A stretch of DNA of 64,000 nucleotides from Macrostomum lignano (Eukaryota): positions 299,414-363,413 of the forward strand of contig NIVC01001159.1 in assembly GCA_002269645.1 (NCBI GenBank), read 5' to 3'. This document shows positions 13,536 through 26,879 of the stretch, piece by piece. Numbering within the stretch: position 1 is the stretch's first letter; the number at the start of each line of letters is the position of its first letter. Position numbers and translations under genes: made by a program. The notes under the pieces were generated by a model that made no database searches, was not told the DNA's origin, and saw nothing but the letters and a program-made list of their open reading frames with translations.

Positions 13536-16277
13536 CCCCGCAAGAGGGAGGGTGGGGTAGGGGCACGAGAATTGTGCGTGATTTTCTTTCCCGGGTCTAT
13601 ATTCTCCAGATTAGTGTACGATTGAACACTCCATTCCGCATTTGGTATAGAAAAGTTGGGGTCAAAATTACCCCGCCAATTCTTTTCTCATGCGGTATTT
13701 TATTGGATCTGAGCGGAGCCATCCAACCGGCACTCTCGCAGGAGTGAAATGGCGACTTCGTCAGAGTACAGTCTCTCAAAGAAGAAGACCGCTTCCTCTT
13801 GCAACATATCTTTTCGACTCGAATCGGATAGAAAACGGTGTTTATCCAGAAAACAATTGGCAGAAGCTGACCAATAATAGCTAAATACAGATGAAAAATA
13901 TGAAAGAAAACTTCTGTGGTTTTTAAGGCCCGCCTGTCTCTGCGAGAAAATGGATGTCAAAAATCGCTGTATCAATTTAATGACCTGGGGGAAATGGGGC
14001 TTGTGTGCAAAGCATCCGATTGACAGAGGCTTGGGGAAGAGTTAATGGTCGATGAAAAGCTCTTGCCATCATCTAAAATATCCATCAAAGAGTAATAGGT
14101 GACAGCCCCTGTCTCGAGCCAAAAAATCAGAGAGACAGAGTTTTCTACTTCTGTTTACGTAATGTTTAGGGATGGACCTGGGGTTATAGTGACAGAGAGT
14201 CAGTTATGGCATTTACGCGGTAGTAAAGAATTGCCTTGGTGAGGCTGGGGTAGGTGTTGTTCTCTCCATATTGGCGAACATTAATAGTCCTGGGTTGAAT
14301 TTTTGAATATAGCTAGAATGTATAGCGGAGAATCGTTGAATTGAAGGGTGATTCAACATGCAAAGTATGCAACAAAACCGATTCAGTGCATCTAAAAGAG
14401 GCTGTTGGGAGCTTCAGAACTGAGAATAACGTTTAAAATAGCATCAATGACATGATTTAGTAATCGAAATCAATTGAATGCTGAAAACTTTAAGTTTAAT
14501 AGCAGACTGTGTTTTTAGCCCCAATTTTACAGTGTCTATACAATATTTCCCCAGCTTCTTGGGCAATATACATGCCTATTTGAATGACAAAACAGCGTTT
14601 TTGATGGTTTATTAGCTAAAATTACGATTTCTATTGATAAAATGACAGATTTCGATCCATAAAGTAAGCATTTTAACGTTTAAAATCGAAAAATGAGGAA
14701 AACTCGTGTTTTTCATGAAAAAAATTGCATTACTAGTAATTTAGCCTCCATTAACTATTTCTTGGGCTGGGCTGGCTGCGGACTTCCATGTGGGATTTAT
14801 TCCTGCTTCGAAGCCGTCTCAAGTAAAGTTGAAACGGCATTTGGGTAAATTAACTGTTGAAGTTTCCAGTGATGAAATTACTGATTTTTATCCACAAAGT
14901 CTAACTTTTAACGTTAAAATTAAAAAACTGTAGAAAACTCGCCTTATATGAAATGTGCTTTTTACGAGCTAGTAATTTAGCTTTTAATAAACTTGGACGG
15001 AATTCCAACTTGGAGAGGTCAGTGGGTGATTCATTCCTGCTTCGAGAGATCGAACTTTCATAGAGTCTGAAAGCTTGAAGTGAGAGGGCAGGGGAAGCGA
15101 TAGAATTGACATAGCCGCACGTTTATGGGCGGGTGGACTTCACTACTTCTAGTATACCGCATTGGCCATAGTGCCAAAGTATTTCTGTGACAAAACACAT
15201 CTATAGAATTCAGTCTCGGAATTGTATGCAGAGGAGACACTGATTCATAGGCTGTGTACATTGACAGATGCAGCTGGGGTTTGTCAATGCAGGTGGAGGT
15301 TGACTCGGATTTGCCCAGATTCGTGGGGTTGATATGTGCATTAAAAGTTGGTTTCTTGCTAACTGGGGCGACATGGATGACGTAATTGGATAAGAGGGGT
15401 TTTGCTGAATGAGGTTTAATTTAAGGTCCGTGCTGTCAAAAGATCTGTTTGAACACTGAAATGGAGAGAGGGGTTGGAATTCCTTGGCATTTAGAAGGGT
15501 GACAGAGAGAACAGGGACGAGTGGTTCAATTCGATTTGCTATAGGGGTCTGCTGACCATTAGAGGGGTGGCTGTTTTCAAACAGTCTTGGGGTTGAATTT
15601 TGAATATGGCCGGAGATAAAGGGTGATTCAACATGCAACATAATTAATTCCATAGTGTACACCAGCGTCAGTGGCACATTTTGCGGATTACAGCGCGACA
15701 AGGGGTCTTGTATCATCTGCACTATCAATAGATATATAAAACATTGCTTTCACAGTCTTGATTTAGAGGCCGACTAAATAAATATATACTTATCAAAGCC
15801 CGGCCGGCTTTTTGTGTAAATATATATACGTCTTTTGACAACTTATTTGACTCGGGTAGAGGCATTGGGAATGACGTAATTGTCTCGGAGTGGTGACGAG
15901 GGCTGAATTCTAGAGGTATGAAGTATAAAAGGAGTGGAAATAACAGTGTGGACCGCGATTTTTGGCTGACTCATGCCTCCTCTGCCAATTTTGGGGGATG
16001 GGCGGCGGTTTCTGCGTACACTGTTTGCTTTCTGTGGATCAGCAGATGCAGATCAGGAAGAGTTAATTCTTGGATGTGCGGCCGCTTTGCAAATTTTGGG
16101 TATAATATCAATATGGGTGGGTGGGCGCTTCTGCATGCTGTTTCAACTATTGAAAACTCATTTGGTAATGGTAGATGAGATTGTACAGCGCGCGCGTACA
16201 CCAATTCTCACCTCTGCGCACAACTGTACACACGTAGTAGGGTTTCGAGTTGTAATTTTGGTGCGCGCGTGGGCCGT

Positions 16278-16630
16278 CTGGGGATGACACTGTAGATTAA
16301 TGTAAGTGTACATATAGAATTGGGGATAGACATGGACATTTGAGATATGGATTAATGTACATGGAATTAATGTACATATCCAATTTGAGATATTTAGGGA
16401 TTAATGTACATGGAATTAATGTACATATCCATTTTGAGATAGATAGGGATTATTGAACATGGAATTAATGTACATATATGAGCACATGGATTATTACGAC
16501 TACATATTGCTACATCACGCTTAGGATAGCGTTTTTGTATACTACTTACTTCATTTTTCAGATAGTAGTATAATTTGCGTTTTTTGCGTCAAAATTCTGA
16601 AAACCCAGCAGAATCTGCGTCCTACGTAGT
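16278..16630 (-). repeat. Right terminal inverted repeat
   Basis: Inverted copy of 7085-7383 with an extra internal sub-repeat. Confidence 0.95.
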
Positions 16631-19298
16631 CAGAACTCAGTCTGACAACAAGTCCCGGAAAGGGGAAAACGTAGAACGTGTGAGGATTCTCATGCCGAAA
16701 TCGCTTCCTTTTATAGACCTCACAGCCGTCTCCTCAAGGTCGTTACCATGGCTCCCTCTCTCTGATTGGCTGCCGGCAAAATGACGTCAGAATGAGTCAT
16801 GATGAGAAGCATGAGACCGGCATAGCAACATGAGAAATCGGGAAATTGCGCAATCCGGAGGTGGGGTTGGGGGGATAATTGGCGCAGCGGGTGGTCGCGA
16901 AAGTATTGCGCAAGCAAACATTGAGAACAATAGGGCTGGGGTCGAGAACAAAGGAATTGGAAAACGGGGATAATTGGGGAGAACTGAGAACAATGGAAAA
17001 GTAAACATTGGGGAAAAGGTGATAATTAGGTGCGAAAACGAGAACAAAAGAAAGAGAAAATCGGAGAAAATGTGATAATTGGTGGGGGTCGAGAGAACAA
17101 AAGAATCAAAAACGAGAACAATAGAAGCGGAGGTGGGGTGGGTGTCGCATGAGAAATTTGGGAAGGAGAACAATAGCGTGAGAAAAGGTTGCGCAAGAGA
17201 GGGGGATGAGTCATCGATGAGTCATCGAGGGGGAGAAGGGGTCACACAACTTGCGTCACCGTTTGGGAGTTTGAGAGGGGATGGGGAGACGGTGAGCACA
17301 CAAAATACTGTAAGTAGACACAGAGAAAGAGAGGACAGCGCAGGAAAAGAGTGCAGAGGGAGACAAAAAGAGGGGGGATAGGGAAAGTACAGGAAGAATA
17401 GGGCGGATAACAGAAGAGATAGGGTAGAGGGGGAGGTACAGAGAGGGGTAGGGGGCTCCGGAAAGGCAGGTGTGGCGGCAGGGGAGACGGGACCAAGGCA
17501 GCAGGAGGGGTGCAGTAGAGCGGGAGTCTCCAGGCCCGGTCGGAGACCTGGCCGAGTCTCGACAGCTCTGCGCAGAGGGTGCACGGGATAGGAGGCACTT
17601 TCGAAAAAGTTCCCATGCCCTATCCCGCGACCAGAGCGTGGTTACATCAGAAGAATAACACCACTGCGACTGCATTCATCGCCACGTGGCTATGTAGGAA
17701 TTCTACAAAGGATCGTTGCACTGCAGTTGAGACAATTGTTGCAACTATCTACATGTGCACGGAAATTATCATTGCTTTTTTATTGAAAATTAGTTTTCGC
17801 GTACCGACATTTGGCTACAAATTGAGTTTAGCTGGCTCTTCTCATCGGTCAGCTCTGATGCAAGATTATTAGAGCCACACGTACATGATCATATGCCAAA
17901 ACTCTCTCCTTAAAGTACATGATTTATATATATGTATCTCGATATTCGCAAGTGCTGGCCTGCAATATTCTGACGTCAGCCGACGTACCCGACCAACGTA
18001 ACCGAGGTCCATGGACGTCGCTGGAAAATGGGTATTACGAGAGCGCATACTCTGACGGATGACGACGTTTATACGTCAGCTCAAAGTGGCGTCGGTGTGA
18101 TAGACGTCCGATGACGTCACTGAAATTTGGATTGCTGCACGGACTATGTCAAATGCTTCAATCCAATTGGCTTCCTGGTACTGTCTTGATTTCTCAGTTT
18201 GTATAGGAATGTTGCAGAAATGTGTGTATATTTTCGTCACGTTTTTCTAAGCTTGCATACCAGCATTGGTTTTACACATGAACTGCATGCATGTACATCG
18301 TAGATTTGAATGATTTGCCTCTGTGTGCTATTTTGTTAGTTAATATATAGTTTAACTGTCGCAAGATTACAGTTTCTTTAGTTTTTTTCTGGGGTATACA
18401 GAGTGTTCCGAACTGCATGCATATGTGGGCCTATTTCTGGATTTTTAAGGCTTCTATATTTTACTCGGGAGACAACATACATTATACCAATTGTTTAGGA
18501 TCTAATAACAAAGATAGAGAGTAGGCCTATCATCGCATACTCGTACGCTCGTCGTCCCAAAGATGGCTGTATCGCAGTGCATGGCTTAAGTGGAACCGGA
18601 TGCGAACAGCTGTACCACATGTACATGTATGCGCAGGTCTGGGGGGCCGGGGGGTTAGGGAGGGACATCATCTAGCACGCCTAAAGACAGTCTAGCCCTA
18701 TATAGCTGTGCCTCTTGCCACTGCGCCACACCTTGCTACTACAGTGTCTGCTATGCCATCCTGCCGCATCTTTATTTTGCTTCACCACCATGCATCTCTA
18801 TGCTGCACTATGCCTTGCTACCACACAATTTGTACCACTCTAAGCAACGCTGCTGCGCCTGCAAGATGCTGGAAGCCTTTTGAAAAGCAATCAATTATTA
18901 TTGATTCGCCGGATACGTACTGTTGCCTTATACTTTTCTCATTATCTCTTCAATTTCAATCCAGTTCTTCAAGGTCTCAAGGATCACTGGACTTCAGCTA
19001 TAAAATCCCAGGCTAATATGTGCAGCTTAAAGTATCGAGTCGAGATAGATATTAGTCTTTTACATCTAAATCGGTTAAATACTCTCTTTTCCTCTGACCG
19101 TTATCTGACCTTTGACGCCATCACATCCATCTTAAAAATTAGCTAAACGTAAAATCGCAAAGATAGGAGTGCTTTATCATAATTTGAGTTCTATATATAA
19201 TTTTCCTTACTTCTTCTGAAGTTCAAAATGAATACATCGAAACGATACTGCTACAGTCCACAGGCCAGTCAATTCAGCATGGGATTCGAAAGTAGTAC

Positions 19299-19742
<444 letters not shown>

Positions 19743-20272
19743 AATATAAAAATAAAAAATATAACCCTAATTCGAGCATTTAAGTCCCTATCGTTTTTTA
19801 TCTAATCGATCTCATTGATAGATAGACACAGACGCAACATTTTTATTATATCGATATATTCTGTACAAGTCTGTGTGGTTATAATGCGTTAAAATTGGCA
19901 CAAACCTAAAGTTTTATTATAATTCTTAACAATTAAAAAAGTCGTTATAACCAACGGTTTTAATTTAATTAATATAAATCGCTTAATTTATTTAATTAAA
20001 CAACATCATTATACATCCCATAAAGCGTCTTCATATGTGAATGTGACTATATATTATATTAAGTGAATTAGTCATAGGCCTACTGCATATAACCATATGA
20101 TATGGTATACATCGTTCCTATGCCCCTAATTTAATTTCCTGTCCACCTACAGGCTACACCTAGTAGGTCCATGACCGGTTTTTCAGTTCCAGTTCCCGAT
20201 AAGATAAAAATAACAAAAAGATCGATTTAGCAGAAAACACTTGAATGTAAAACGATTTTTTAGTCGAAAGTC

Positions 20273-20790
20273 AAATTTACCATCTGAAATCTGTGTATTA
20301 TGTAAAAAATCTGCTTCACAGACCTTACTGTTGCTTCAGTGCAGGTCTCCAATCTTGCATAGCGTGGTGTTGAAACGTCAGTAACTGCAGAATTTCGCAT
20401 ACAGGCCAAATCATTCTACCCCTAGAACTACGAAATACGAAACAGCGACTGTTAACCAATTTTATTTTTGCAATTTACCATCTGAAATCTGTGTATATGT
20501 AAAAAATCAGCTTCACAGACCTTACTGTTGCTTCAGTGCAGGTCTCCAATCTTGCATAGCGTGATGTTGAAACGTCAGAAACTGTACGATGTCGCATACA
20601 GGCCAAATCATTCTACCCCTAGAACTACGAAATACGAAACAGCGACTGTTAACCAATTTTATTTTTGCAATTTACCATCTGAAATCTGTGTATATGTAAA
20701 AAATCAGCTTCACAGACCTTACTGTTGCTTCAGTGCAGGTCTCCAATCTTGCATAGCGTGATGTTGAAACGTCAGAAACTGTACGATTTC
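20273..20790. repeat. ~197-bp tandem repeat, ~2.6 copies
   Basis: AATTTACCATCTGAAATCTGTG recurs at ~20274, ~20472 and ~20669. Confidence 0.9.
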
Positions 20791-20849
20791 GTAGCTACAA
20801 GGGTTTGTAGCGTTGAATTTGTAAAATAACCGGCTTATACTCGTAGGTA

Positions 20850-22200
20850 ATTATAGAACAACAGCAACAAAAAATACGCAGTCGCCCCAGTAGTCAGTGG
20901 AGGGAGCGTCAGATGACATGTCGAAGCGCCAGCAGGCGAATAATCAATTGTCCGGCCCATTGATCGACAGTGTCGGGCGCCCCAACGTTGCTCAGGATGC
21001 AGTCCACGTATCTCCGTGTCCTCGGTCGCTTGAGCCCGCCTGAACTGTTCCAGCAAAGTGAGCGGCAGGATGTCCTGGACAGGCTAGGGCAATAGCCCGG
21101 ATCACGTAACGCCTGTCAGTTGGAGTCGCCGTCTCGCTGCAGAATGGTGCATCCTTGGACGGGACGCTTTTGTCAGCCTGAACGCATGGAGCAGCCCCGC
21201 GGGCCGAGTGATCCAATTGTTTAGCTGTTGCTCCAGCGTGGCCGTTAACATCGGGACGCTAGAATTCGCGCGACTGCCCGAATTTCGCGCGATCTGGCAT
21301 TCGAGCGACTGCATTTGCGCGACTGGAAATCGAACGACCTGGAATTGAAGCGCGCGACTTCTTTCTAGCGACTGGATTTCACACGACTTGATTTAAATCC
21401 AGTCAATCAAAATCCGGTTGCGCGAAATTCAGTCGCGCGAAATCCAGTCGCACGAAATTCTACGTCGCGCGAAATCTAGTCGCTTGAAGTAAGTCGCGAG
21501 AAATGATGCAGTCGAATTCAATTTCAAGTCGCCTAAAATCATCCGATTCGCGCAAAATCCTGGTGCGCAGAAGACAATTAGCGCAAAATCCAGTAGCGCG
21601 AATTCTGGCGTCCCTTGAACATCCACGTCTCTGCAGCGTTGTCGAGCAACACAGCCGAGCCCTCTGACGATCGGGCAGCGCTTTGGACTGAAGGATGACG
21701 CGAATCGACCGGTAGGTCGTCCAGGCAAGTCCTCTCGATCTAGATCTGCGTCGTCGAATTTCGTCCTCAACGTTGGGCATCAGACCTTCGAGGTGAACCG
21801 CTGACAGCGCGCGAGGTTAGTCGTCTGCCCGTCTGCGCCGCGGCATTACGCTGTGGTGACGGCAGACGGCTTGTCTGACCTGTCTGAAACTTCGTTTAGG
21901 AGTGCTACACAGAGCGACACATTCTAGCGCCGTTCCTCTTCGTGCTGCTCCTGGCATGGATTGTGCAGCTTCGGAACGGACCCCCTTCAGCAGGCGACGG
22001 CTTCCTGCTGCGCAGACACATCAGTCGCCGCCACAACGAGAAGCGCCTGAGCGGTTCTGGGCTACGCCGACGACCTCACACTCCTGTCATCAACTGTTGA
22101 TGGCGCACAGCGCTAGATTAAGGTTGGTCGAGGTGGCATCAAAGCGTCGGCCTATTTGTCGACACGCTGAAAGACCGAGGCGCTGGCATGACCATCTCAG
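20850..22200 (-). pseudogene. Decayed RTE-clade LINE 3' fragment; RT piece at 21905-22200 is inverted (+)
   Basis: Minus strand: GLAWTTYRSIRVILQSKALPDRQRARL, TLEQQL, RRRLQL, RTRRYVDC. Plus strand: ILAPFLFVLLL...LGYADDLTLLS. Contains frameshifts and stops. Confidence 0.75.
21253..21614. mobile_element. Palindromic MITE built of ~15-bp units (CCAGTCGCGCGAAAT), inserted in the RTE fragment
   Basis: TIR GGGACGCYAGAATTCGCGC; units invert around central GATTTAAATC; imperfect 8-9 bp duplication (TTAACATC/TGAACATC). Confidence 0.75.
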
Positions 22201-25200
22201 CGAGCCGATATCCCAGCGGAGCTGACATATCACCATACAGCGATATGATGGCGTCAACTAGCTGCTGGGGACTCGACAGGTTTGTAGGACAAAAGGAAGT
22301 GGTACTCTTAGCACTGAATCAAATGCCATAATAATTAAAAACCCTAAAAATGCTGAGCAAAGGCCAAGACCTTTCACAGAGTTGTAACTCCTTTAATTTC
22401 CTATTTTTCCGAGGTTCATGCTGGCGCGTACAGACTCAATTCATATACAATTATTTCCAGCTTGTACATTGTTTCATTTTACGAAATTGTACCTTTAAAA
22501 GCATAATCAAATGCAAGGGCCTGACATCGGGACAACTGTGCATATGTCCCCCCCCCTGGCCTGAGTGAAAGCTATGAAAAAGCGAACAAAATGAGTGTCT
22601 GTGTGGCAATAAAATTGAGTGTTAAAAACAGCGATATAAAAATAATGTAGGAATTTCGTCACTAAGAATTCTTGACTTTGTCCCCCACCATAAAATCCAT
22701 AGCGACGCGCTCACGCCTCTGATCACATGCAAGTTAAGAATTACATCTAATTGTGCAACATATTTACATATATGTTTAATATTTGATCAATTAGATTTGT
22801 AATGTCTGTAGAGAAATTACAATTAATCGATTCAAGGTGCACTATTGGATTAATTTACGTATTGACTGTATTAAGTTATTGATAGAATTTTTACGACAAT
22901 TACATGTATTCTTCTGGAGAAGTAACATATCATAATCTTATAAATTACATGTATCCTATCTTATATTTTTATCTCAATATCTTTATTTCACATGTAATAT
23001 TCAAAACCCATGTTTTATAAGCACTTTTAACTTTTAGGAATTTTTGGCGTCAATTGAAACCATTATTTGAATTGCTATTAGTTAATTTATTAATTTACCA
23101 CAATATTTTGAGTTCAAAGTAATTGTAGTTAACTTAATTGTAGTTAACTACTGTCTTTATCAAGTGTAAAAAGAACGAAAACTTTTTTTAAATGTCTACT
23201 ACTTTCTTTGTTTATTCATTCTACATATTAATTTTTTTATCATATTAAGAAGAGTTCTTACTTCATATTGTTATCGTATCGTCACATTATCACATACAAC
23301 GATAATGATAGATCAAGCTGGCACTCTGAGATCGAACCGTGGTTTTTTGAATATTCGCCTCTATATTAGTACTTGTTTCTACCATAAAATATAAATAAAA
23401 TAAGAAAACGTTTAAATAACATTGTATTTTATATTTTTTAAAACATTAATGTTAACTTCATTCTTAAAGCAGTAAACATTTGTTTTAATATGCGTTGTAA
23501 CATATTCCGTTACGGCGGGATTTTAAAGTACGATTTGGGAACTGGAACTGAAAAACCGGTCATGTAGGTCCTAGGCTAGGCTCTACCAATCGACATATTC
23601 TATCTGCCTGTCTAATACAATTCCTAGTCCTAGCCGCAAACAAAGCGTAGGCCCTTATGATTGCATTGCCTATAAGCCTGTCACTTTTGATGGGCATTTA
23701 AGCTATATATAGCCTAGGGCCCTAGGCCTATCGCCTATAGGGCCTACCTGCCTGCTGCCTATGCAATGCCACCTATCTACTAAAAATGGTTGGTAGGCCT
23801 ATTCAGAGTCAAACAGAATGTCAATCAATGTCAATGTAGGCCTAGCCTAATCAAATTGGCACTTAACACACTTTTTCTAGCTAGATGCCATTTAATTTAA
23901 TTTTAATTAAAATTAATGACACGAAAATGGTGACTTCAGCAACAAGCAATGTTAAATTCGGCGAAAAGTTTCTCTTTCACTTTCACAAATCACTTTCTAT
24001 GGCTATTTATTTAGTCTTTTTATTATATTCTTAGTTTCTTACTAACATAACCAATGCGTCTATATCCTACCATAACCGCCTACAGCCTAGGCCCCAAATA
24101 CTTTCCCTTTTTGTTAAATTTAACAAACACATGTGCTCTGACAAGCAATCCTGTGACATGCTGATTGTTTGTTGGGATAAGAAGCTTTGATAAATATCCG
24201 CACTCTTAGGACCTACTTTGTACCTACCAACCTAAAGAGACCAACCAAGTGTGTGAGCGAGCCCCATTACCAAGGCGGCTTCGTCACAGTACAATCTGCA
24301 ACTCCAATCCTATGAGAACATTTAGGCCTACATGTACTGTGGTTTCTGCATTTATTGAATCAAAATTTCAATTTTATCGTATAGCCACATCTTAAATACC
24401 ATGCATACAAATACAAATGTTTCATGTAATTTGTTGTAAAATGTAGTACGTGGCTATACCACAAAGCTAAAATTCACAAAGTTAAAATACTCTACATTAA
24501 GACATGACTGTGTGGAGATAGGGCCTAGACACACATAAAAAAAGTGCAGTCTCAGTTTTGAAAGGAAAAGTTAGGCTAGCATAAGATTCATACCAAAAAG
24601 AACAAACAGTATTGCATTATGTTAAATTGCAATGTAATTTAACTTAAAAGCATTAAAGGGCATTTAGCCATGGAACATTTAGCCAATTGCAAGCTTCCAG
24701 CAGTGCCTCCTCAGATCGCAGTCCTTTAGAAAATTCTTGCCAAAGCTTTTGAAAAATGGCTTCTCGCCTATGTACGCAAGTGTGCTAGCGACGATGCTGG
24801 TCACCCTGCCTGACAAGGCAGTGGTAAGGCAGGCATCCAGAATGGCCTGATGAGCTTCATCATGCAGGAGTTAGGTTAGCAAGTAAATCTGCAAGTCATT
24901 CCTCTGCACTCTGCTATTAAGCTGGCAATGCCAGCTTTCAAGGTTGTTATTTGTTCTAATCGGCTACCTGTAGACTGAGAGGCACTCCAGTCCCTATAGC
25001 AAGCTGTTAATCTGTTTGACCTAGTGACTCAGACAATAAGCATTGTTGACAAAATTTACTTGTTGCCAAATTTAATATCGCTTGTTGCTGAAGTCACAAT
25101 TTTTTATGTCGCCGAAATCAACTATCGCCAAAAAGCCTAGCACCCAAGCATTCTCTAGTTAGTTTAGACCTAGTCTCTAATTAGATTTAATAATTTATTT

Positions 25201-26879
25201 TTTTTAATAATTTATTTTATTTATGCATTATAATATAGCTATAGGCTAGGTCTTATGCCCTATTTATTGTAGCTAATGGCCATTTGCATTAGGCTCCTAT
25301 TGTATATTATAGACAATGTCTACACAGATTAGTTCCCATCAGTGTTAAATACAATCTAGGGTAGCCTAGGGTACAGTCATTTTGTCTACCACTTTTTCAT
25401 CTACTAGCAAATGAAACAATTTTTAATTTAAAAAAATAAATAGCAAAATACTATATTCCAAAAAGTAGGCTATATATCACATAGGAAAATTCTAGCATGT
25501 ATTTTGGTTTAGCCAAAAATATTAAGCCTAGTATACATTAGCATACATTTTGGTTTGGCTAAAAAAATTGGCATGCATTGGGATATATTAAGGTATATAT
25601 ATATAATGGCATGCTATATTGTAGAATAGCTTGATAGCATAGAGTATGGCCTGTATAGGGGCCCTACCTAATCTTTAATAGACTACCAATCCACCATGCC
25701 TTTATTAAAGTTTAGGTAGGGCCTATGTAAAATCAATCCCCATGAAGACTCTCCCTTTCTAAAAATGCCACACTTAGAGATATAGTGGCCGTGTCTATAA
25801 TGCAAAAACTTAAGAGTAACACTAAATCTTAAAGTGTGGCTATAATTATATGTGTAGATACTGAAAAAGAAATAATTTATTTAATATATATTGGCGGCAT
25901 TGGCTATACTTTGAGATTTAATATTACTATTAAGAAAAATTAATTAATTTAATTTAATTGATTTTTTTAATTAACAAACTTAAAAAGTGCAAGATACAAA
26001 ATTTTCTGTTTGCTAAAAAATTTAAATAAAAAACTAACCACTTGGTATTCAAACCTTATTACATAACCTTATTACTTACTAAACCTTAATCACAAGACAA
26101 TTGAAAAATCCACTTGTATCATTTGCTTATGAGAGAGCCCTACAAAACACACATTTATATCAATGTTTATAGCCATGCCTTAAGCTCAAATATTATAGAC
26201 ATAGCCATTGTGCCTATTAGTACTCCATTCTAAAAATCCCTTATTATTCCCAATGCCCTAGTTGTTAATGGATATCCCTCTAAGACTGCCTTCCCTAAGT
26301 CTTCAAAGGGTCTATCAACTTAAGCTCATAAAGTGAAGCCCAAGTAACCTATCTGCTATCTATATAAATGATATATCATTCTATTCACAATGATACTAGG
26401 AAGCTGGGTTTTTTTGTCCATAACTTGGGTGCAATTTTGCACCCTATGCTAGATTTCAGGGTGCAATTTTCAAGACCAGGATGCCTGCACTGCTGCAGAC
26501 AAAAACTGGTCTAACACTAATAGTGTGTTTCAAAGTTTCTGTCCATTCAAACCATCCAATGATGATCCAAATTCCAAATGCTTAACTTAATTGTTTGATC
26601 TCCTTATAATTCTCCCTTTAGCCTCAGCTCAACAGCTCAGCTCACTCAGCTGTCAGCTCAATAGCAATTAGCAACACTAGATGCAGCACTACACTAATCT
26701 AGTCTGGTCTCTTGTGACCTTCATCTTGTCTGGGTCTAGTCAACGTCAACTAGTCATAACCTAGTCATTGCCCAGTCTAAGTCTGGCTAGCTGGCACCCT
26801 GATGGTCTGACTGGCTGATTGCGAGTCTGACTGAACCTGTCCAATAGTGTTATCATTGAATATGTTCACCATGATTAGT

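Larger units (their letters stand above)
7085..16630. mobile_element. Polinton/Maverick-related element carrying only a pPolB (no integrase or virion genes recognised), 9,546 bp
   Basis: TIRs both begin ACTACGTAGGACGCAG; identical 6-bp flanks CAGAAC at 7079-7084 and 16631-16636; internal protein-primed PolB gene. Confidence 0.93.
20170..23564. mobile_element. Non-autonomous TIR DNA element, unclassified, with nested insertions
   Basis: 28-bp perfect TIR CATGACCGGTTTTTCAGTTCCAGTTCCC; flanking direct repeat TAGGTC (20164-20169, 23565-23570). Confidence 0.8.

Noticed and set aside
17970-18130. Cluster of GACGTC motifs (possible MITE or CRE cluster)
   Set aside because: No TIR or TSD boundaries and no second copy found
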